Assembly (NCBI GenBank): GCA_051532055.1
Contig: JAOPTX010000003.1
Coordinates: 153,064 to 217,063 of the forward strand
Source: Fibrobacterales bacterium
GTDB taxonomy: Bacteria > Fibrobacterota > Fibrobacteria > Fibrobacterales > JAOPTW01
Reading direction: 5' to 3'
Length of the DNA: 64,000 nucleotides
Position 1 is the first letter of the stretch. Every line of letters begins with the position of its first letter. This document shows positions 61,007 to 64,000 of the stretch, piece after piece. The translations under genes were made by a program, and so were the position numbers. Under the pieces are notes generated by a model. The model searched no databases. It saw only the letters and a list, made by a program, of their open reading frames with translations, and had not been told where the DNA came from.

Positions 61007-63802
61007 ATGAAATACACCAGACTACAACAAATTATTCAGAGCACCTTGCTGCTAGTAGTGGCGGCTTCAATGACCGCCTTCAGCGCTTTTTCTGGAATGG
61101 GTGATGGCACTGAAGCAAGTCCTTATCAGATATCGTCGATTGAACAATTACAAGAAATGCAGAATGAACTAAATAAGCATTATATCTTAATTGATAACAT
61201 AAATGCTGAGGGTACTTTAACTTGGAATAATAGCGCTGGATTTGTTTCTATAGGCACTGAAGAATCACCTTTTGAGGGTACTTTTGATGGTCAAGAGTTT
61301 ACCATACATAAATTAGTGATTAAAGATGAGACACACTATAAACCACTTGGCCTTTTTTCAGTAGTAGGCGAAAATGGCACAGTGAAAAATGTGACGGTGA
61401 GTGGTTCAGTAACGGGATATAACACTGTTGGTGGAATCGTGGGGGAACTTAATGGCACCCTAATCAATGTACATAACCGTTCGTCAGTTATTGGAAGTGA
61501 GAATGTAGGAGGGGTTATCGGTAGACTTACTGCTACAGGACACATATCTCAGCTCATGAATAGTGGAACGGTCTCTGCATTTAGAGGTGCTGCGGGGGTT
61601 GTTGCTTTTGCTTATGAGGCAACCATAGCAGATGTAATGAATATGGGGTCAATAACAGCTGAAATCAGTGCTGCAGGAATTTGTTATCGTTCTTCAAAAG
61701 GAACCATTACGCGGGTAGTAAATATTGGACCGGTGTTGGCAAAACGTTCTGGTTCGTATGGGGTATATGGAGGAGGAACTCAGAGTGGGCCCGCAGTTAT
61801 TACTCACGCCTATTGGGATAGTAACATCGTAAATGGTAAATGGGATAATTATGGTGAAAGCCTTTCTACTCTTAATATGAAATTAAAAGAGTCGTATAAA
61901 ACATTTGATTTTGACAACATATGGGCAATAGATGAAGGACATACCTATCCTTATTTTAAAGATAGGTACCACCCTATACAACCATTTTCAGATGTGAGTG
62001 AGACAACGTCAATTACAGATAGCTCAACGTTATTGGACAATGATATAACATTTAATGATCAATTTACTGGTGTGGTTAAAATAGAAGATGCATCGTTTCT
62101 TAATGAAACTCGGGATACGCTGTACAGAAGGTATCGCGCTGGTGAAATTGATTTACAGAATGATACCCTATGGGGAGGGTATTCACACATAATGATTCCT
62201 TGGGACTCTATTATTCCTCTCGCCACTCTTGGTGATCTATTAACCATAGGGAAGAAGTGGGATACACCACGTGAGGGTTCGTATATTTTAACTAATAATA
62301 TTGATGCATCGCAAAATACCGAACAAGCATCAAACTCTAATGCCTTTCCCATCGATTATCATGACAGGCCTTTTTCGGGAATCTTAGATGGGAATAATTT
62401 CACTATTTATAATATTAACCTTACTACAGATTTTGATTACTTGGCATTGTTTCAAGAAATTGATAGTCTGGGGGTCGTTAAGCGATTAGGAGTCTCAGGT
62501 GATAGTGAATGTGAAAGTAACTGTGCGGGAATTGCTCATGAAAACTATGGTACTATATCACAATCATTTGTGAGTATGGATATTTTACTTGAAACAAATC
62601 GTGCAGGGGGTATTGCGGTTTATAACTATGGTACTATTGAAGAATCATATTTTGCTGGAACTATTTACGCACCTTGGGGGCAATCAAGTGGAATTTGTTA
62701 TCAAAATACCGGTCTTATCGAAAATAGTTATTCTGTGGGGACGGTATATACCTCCAGTTGGACAGGTGGTATTGCTTTTGAAAACAGAGGGTACCATAGA
62801 CCAACCGCGGTTCATAATAAACAAGGAACTATTCGGAACTCTTATACTACAATGTCTCACCTAACGGCCGATAAAACCAAAGGAATATATGGGTTAAATG
62901 CGGGTACCATTGAGTACTCTTTTTATAATAGTGACTGGGCGCAACAGACGACTCAATCGATTGGGGCAAAAAACACACAGGAGTTAATGACTTTAGAGAC
63001 CTTTGCTGAGTGGGATATGGCCACTATTTGGAGGCTAGACTCTCAGAGTGCTTTTCCCATTCTGCGAAACGTGACCAATGTTCCCATTGGGTTTCCTGAT
63101 TATAGAGCGGATCACAGCGATAGACATGACTCATTAAGCCTTTTGACTAATGACTTTAATAGTACCGAGAACAAGCTCACTTTTGTGATACTTGATAGTA
63201 ATCAGTTTTCCGCAGATAGTTTACTTCAATTTTCCTTTTATAAGCCTGGTATCATTATGGATCATGATGATACCTTGTGGGGTGGTGCTGTTCCGATAAC
63301 AATGCCCGCACCTATGGGGATTGTACTTTCATCTTCAGTATTCATTAGCTCTTCAAGTTTAGCCGTTTCAGAGTCTTCAGAGTCCATTGTGAGTAGTTCC
63401 TCTGTAGTGAGTAGTAGTTCCGTTGAGCCAAAAAGCAGCGCACTTGAGAGTAGTAGTGTTGTTTTTAAATTTAGCAGTAGTTCGGATGAGGACGACGATG
63501 AAGAATCTGAGGAATCGTCAAGTGATGACCCGTCTCCTGAACGTTTTTCGAGTAGTATTACGACCTCATTGTATAAAAGTCTTACTCATGGACTTAATGT
63601 GTATAGACCAAATTATATACAGATTGACCATCAAGCACCGTATATAGTCACCATTTATACAATTTTTGGACAGAAACTAAGAGTCATTAAAGGAAGTAAT
63701 TCGGGGGAACATTATTTGAAAACCCCTTTACCGTCAATGCCACTCCTTTTTGTTTTACAACAAAATGGAGTCGTGAATCATTTTTTGTTTACCGTTCAAT
63801 AA
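61007..63802 (+). CDS. GLUG-motif surface protein with acidic/Ser-rich linker and C-terminal sorting-like domain (paralog-type of 42242..47083)
   Basis: A signal peptide is followed by GMGDGTEASPYQISSIEQLQEM, the same module head as the 42242 protein. GLUG-type tracts include VGGIVGEL, VGGVIGRL, AGGIAVYN and TGGIAFEN. YWDSNI also occurs. The linker is SSSVVSSSSVEPKSS...SSSSDEDDDEESEESSSDD. The C-terminal beta-rich tail is IVTIYTIFGQKLRVIKG...LFVLQQNGVVNHFLFTVQ. Confidence 0.9.
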   Translation: MKYTRLQQIIQSTLLLVVAASMTAFSAFSGMGDGTEASPYQISSIEQLQEMQNELNKHYILIDNINAEGTLTWNNSAGFVSIGTEESPFEGTFDGQEFTIHKLVIKDETHYKPLGLFSVVGENGTVKNVTVSGSVTGYNTVGGIVGELNGTLINVHNRSSVIGSENVGGVIGRLTATGHISQLMNSGTVSAFRGAAGVVAFAYEATIADVMNMGSITAEISAAGICYRSSKGTITRVVNIGPVLAKRSGSYGVYGGGTQSGPAVITHAYWDSNIVNGKWDNYGESLSTLNMKLKESYKTFDFDNIWAIDEGHTYPYFKDRYHPIQPFSDVSETTSITDSSTLLDNDITFNDQFTGVVKIEDASFLNETRDTLYRRYRAGEIDLQNDTLWGGYSHIMIPWDSIIPLATLGDLLTIGKKWDTPREGSYILTNNIDASQNTEQASNSNAFPIDYHDRPFSGILDGNNFTIYNINLTTDFDYLALFQEIDSLGVVKRLGVSGDSECESNCAGIAHENYGTISQSFVSMDILLETNRAGGIAVYNYGTIEESYFAGTIYAPWGQSSGICYQNTGLIENSYSVGTVYTSSWTGGIAFENRGYHRPTAVHNKQGTIRNSYTTMSHLTADKTKGIYGLNAGTIEYSFYNSDWAQQTTQSIGAKNTQELMTLETFAEWDMATIWRLDSQSAFPILRNVTNVPIGFPDYRADHSDRHDSLSLLTNDFNSTENKLTFVILDSNQFSADSLLQFSFYKPGIIMDHDDTLWGGAVPITMPAPMGIVLSSSVFISSSSLAVSESSESIVSSSSVVSSSSVEPKSSALESSSVVFKFSSSSDEDDDEESEESSSDDPSPERFSSSITTSLYKSLTHGLNVYRPNYIQIDHQAPYIVTIYTIFGQKLRVIKGSNSGEHYLKTPLPSMPLLFVLQQNGVVNHFLFTVQ

Positions 63803-63815
63803 CTTTGAGGGATCT

Positions 63816-64000
63816 GTGAATAATCTGGCCTTTGTACTTTTCTTGTTATCATTTTTAAGTTCAGCTATTGGGGCTAATGCGAATTTGACAGTGAATATAT
63901 TTTTTAAGGAGAATGGATACGTAGTCTATGGTCCGGAAGGGAGTCTTCCTGTAGTATTCTATAGGAATTCACCGCATTTTGATCAAATGTTTATTACCGA
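63816..64000 (+). CDS. 5' end of an exported protein cut by the window edge
   Basis: GTG 63816 is preceded by GAGGGA (63807-63812). The own translation VNNLAFVLFLLSFLSSAIGANANLTVNIFFKENGYVVYGPEG... looks like a signal peptide. The frame stays open to the window end. Confidence 0.35.
   Translation, partial: MNNLAFVLFLLSFLSSAIGANANLTVNIFFKENGYVVYGPEGSLPVVFYRNSPHFDQMFIT

Noticed and set aside
8543-63647. Dozens of 60-120-aa ORFs in the track that are nested in or antisense to the large genes (e.g. 8543..8749, 14028..14219, 26177..26524, 27290..28688, 33139..34566, 36041..36817, 39453..41905, 49517..51447, 51891..53023, 56006..57206, 58851..59765, 61336..63647)
   Set aside because: All are fully contained in much longer ORFs that carry recognisable family motifs. 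Their translations are low-complexity or Cys/His/Arg-rich, as expected for out-of-frame or antisense reading. No RBS or signal features were noted.
1-64000. Search by eye for tRNA/rRNA genes, CRISPR arrays, IS elements, integrases or prophage genes
   Set aside because: None was recognised. Intergenic regions are short apart from a few AT-rich gaps of 240-415 nt without cloverleaf-like or direct-repeat structure. This is a visual negative and should be confirmed with tRNAscan-SE, Infernal, CRISPR and ISfinder tools.

Overview
This is an AT-rich bacterial chromosomal window with heterogeneous composition. It holds about 33 credible protein-coding genes and three intrinsic-terminator-like hairpins. 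I could not recognise any rRNA, tRNA, CRISPR array, transposase or integrase. The family content suggests a Fibrobacterota-like or FCB-group diderm: three lipoproteins with the TIGR02145 'Fibrobacter succinogenes major paralogous domain', a TIGR02147-type regulator, Ser-rich-linker exoproteins ending in por/T9SS-like C-terminal domains, and GH5/GH30 enzymes. This taxonomic call is an inference from remembered family signatures, not a search result. The most interesting locus is 1-19705. It is a tightly packed same-strand cassette: a truncated upstream gene, a DUF2059-like exported protein, a 4017-aa giant exoprotein (FlgD-Ig-like modules, thrombospondin type-3 repeats), a 2142-aa RHS/YD-repeat polymorphic toxin, and a translationally coupled lipoprotein that is the likely immunity protein. 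The RHS protein has an N-terminal membrane anchor, a helical/hydrophobic insertion, a Cys-rich insert, and a C-terminal HEFGHxxxxxD metzincin-like toxin tip. No PAAR/VgrG/Hcp, TcA/TcB or CdiB-type delivery marker is visible anywhere in the 64 kb, so the giant-protein/RHS pairing may be an undescribed delivery arrangement. The cassette also looks lower in GC than the housekeeping block that follows it (U32-family protein, MsbA-like ABC exporter, ALDH3-type dehydrogenase, MazG-like protein, RlmF). The remainder (27-64 kb) is a surface-protein and CAZyme-rich region. It includes a GH5 enzyme fused to four F-type-lectin (CBM47-like) domains separated by TSP3 linkers, and a GH30 enzyme. It also includes a BNR-propeller/discoidin protein, two GLUG-motif giant surface proteins, AbfB-like and ricin-type beta-trefoil lectin proteins, and several small orphan proteins. 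All domain calls rest on motifs I read in the translations. None has been verified by HMM or BLAST.
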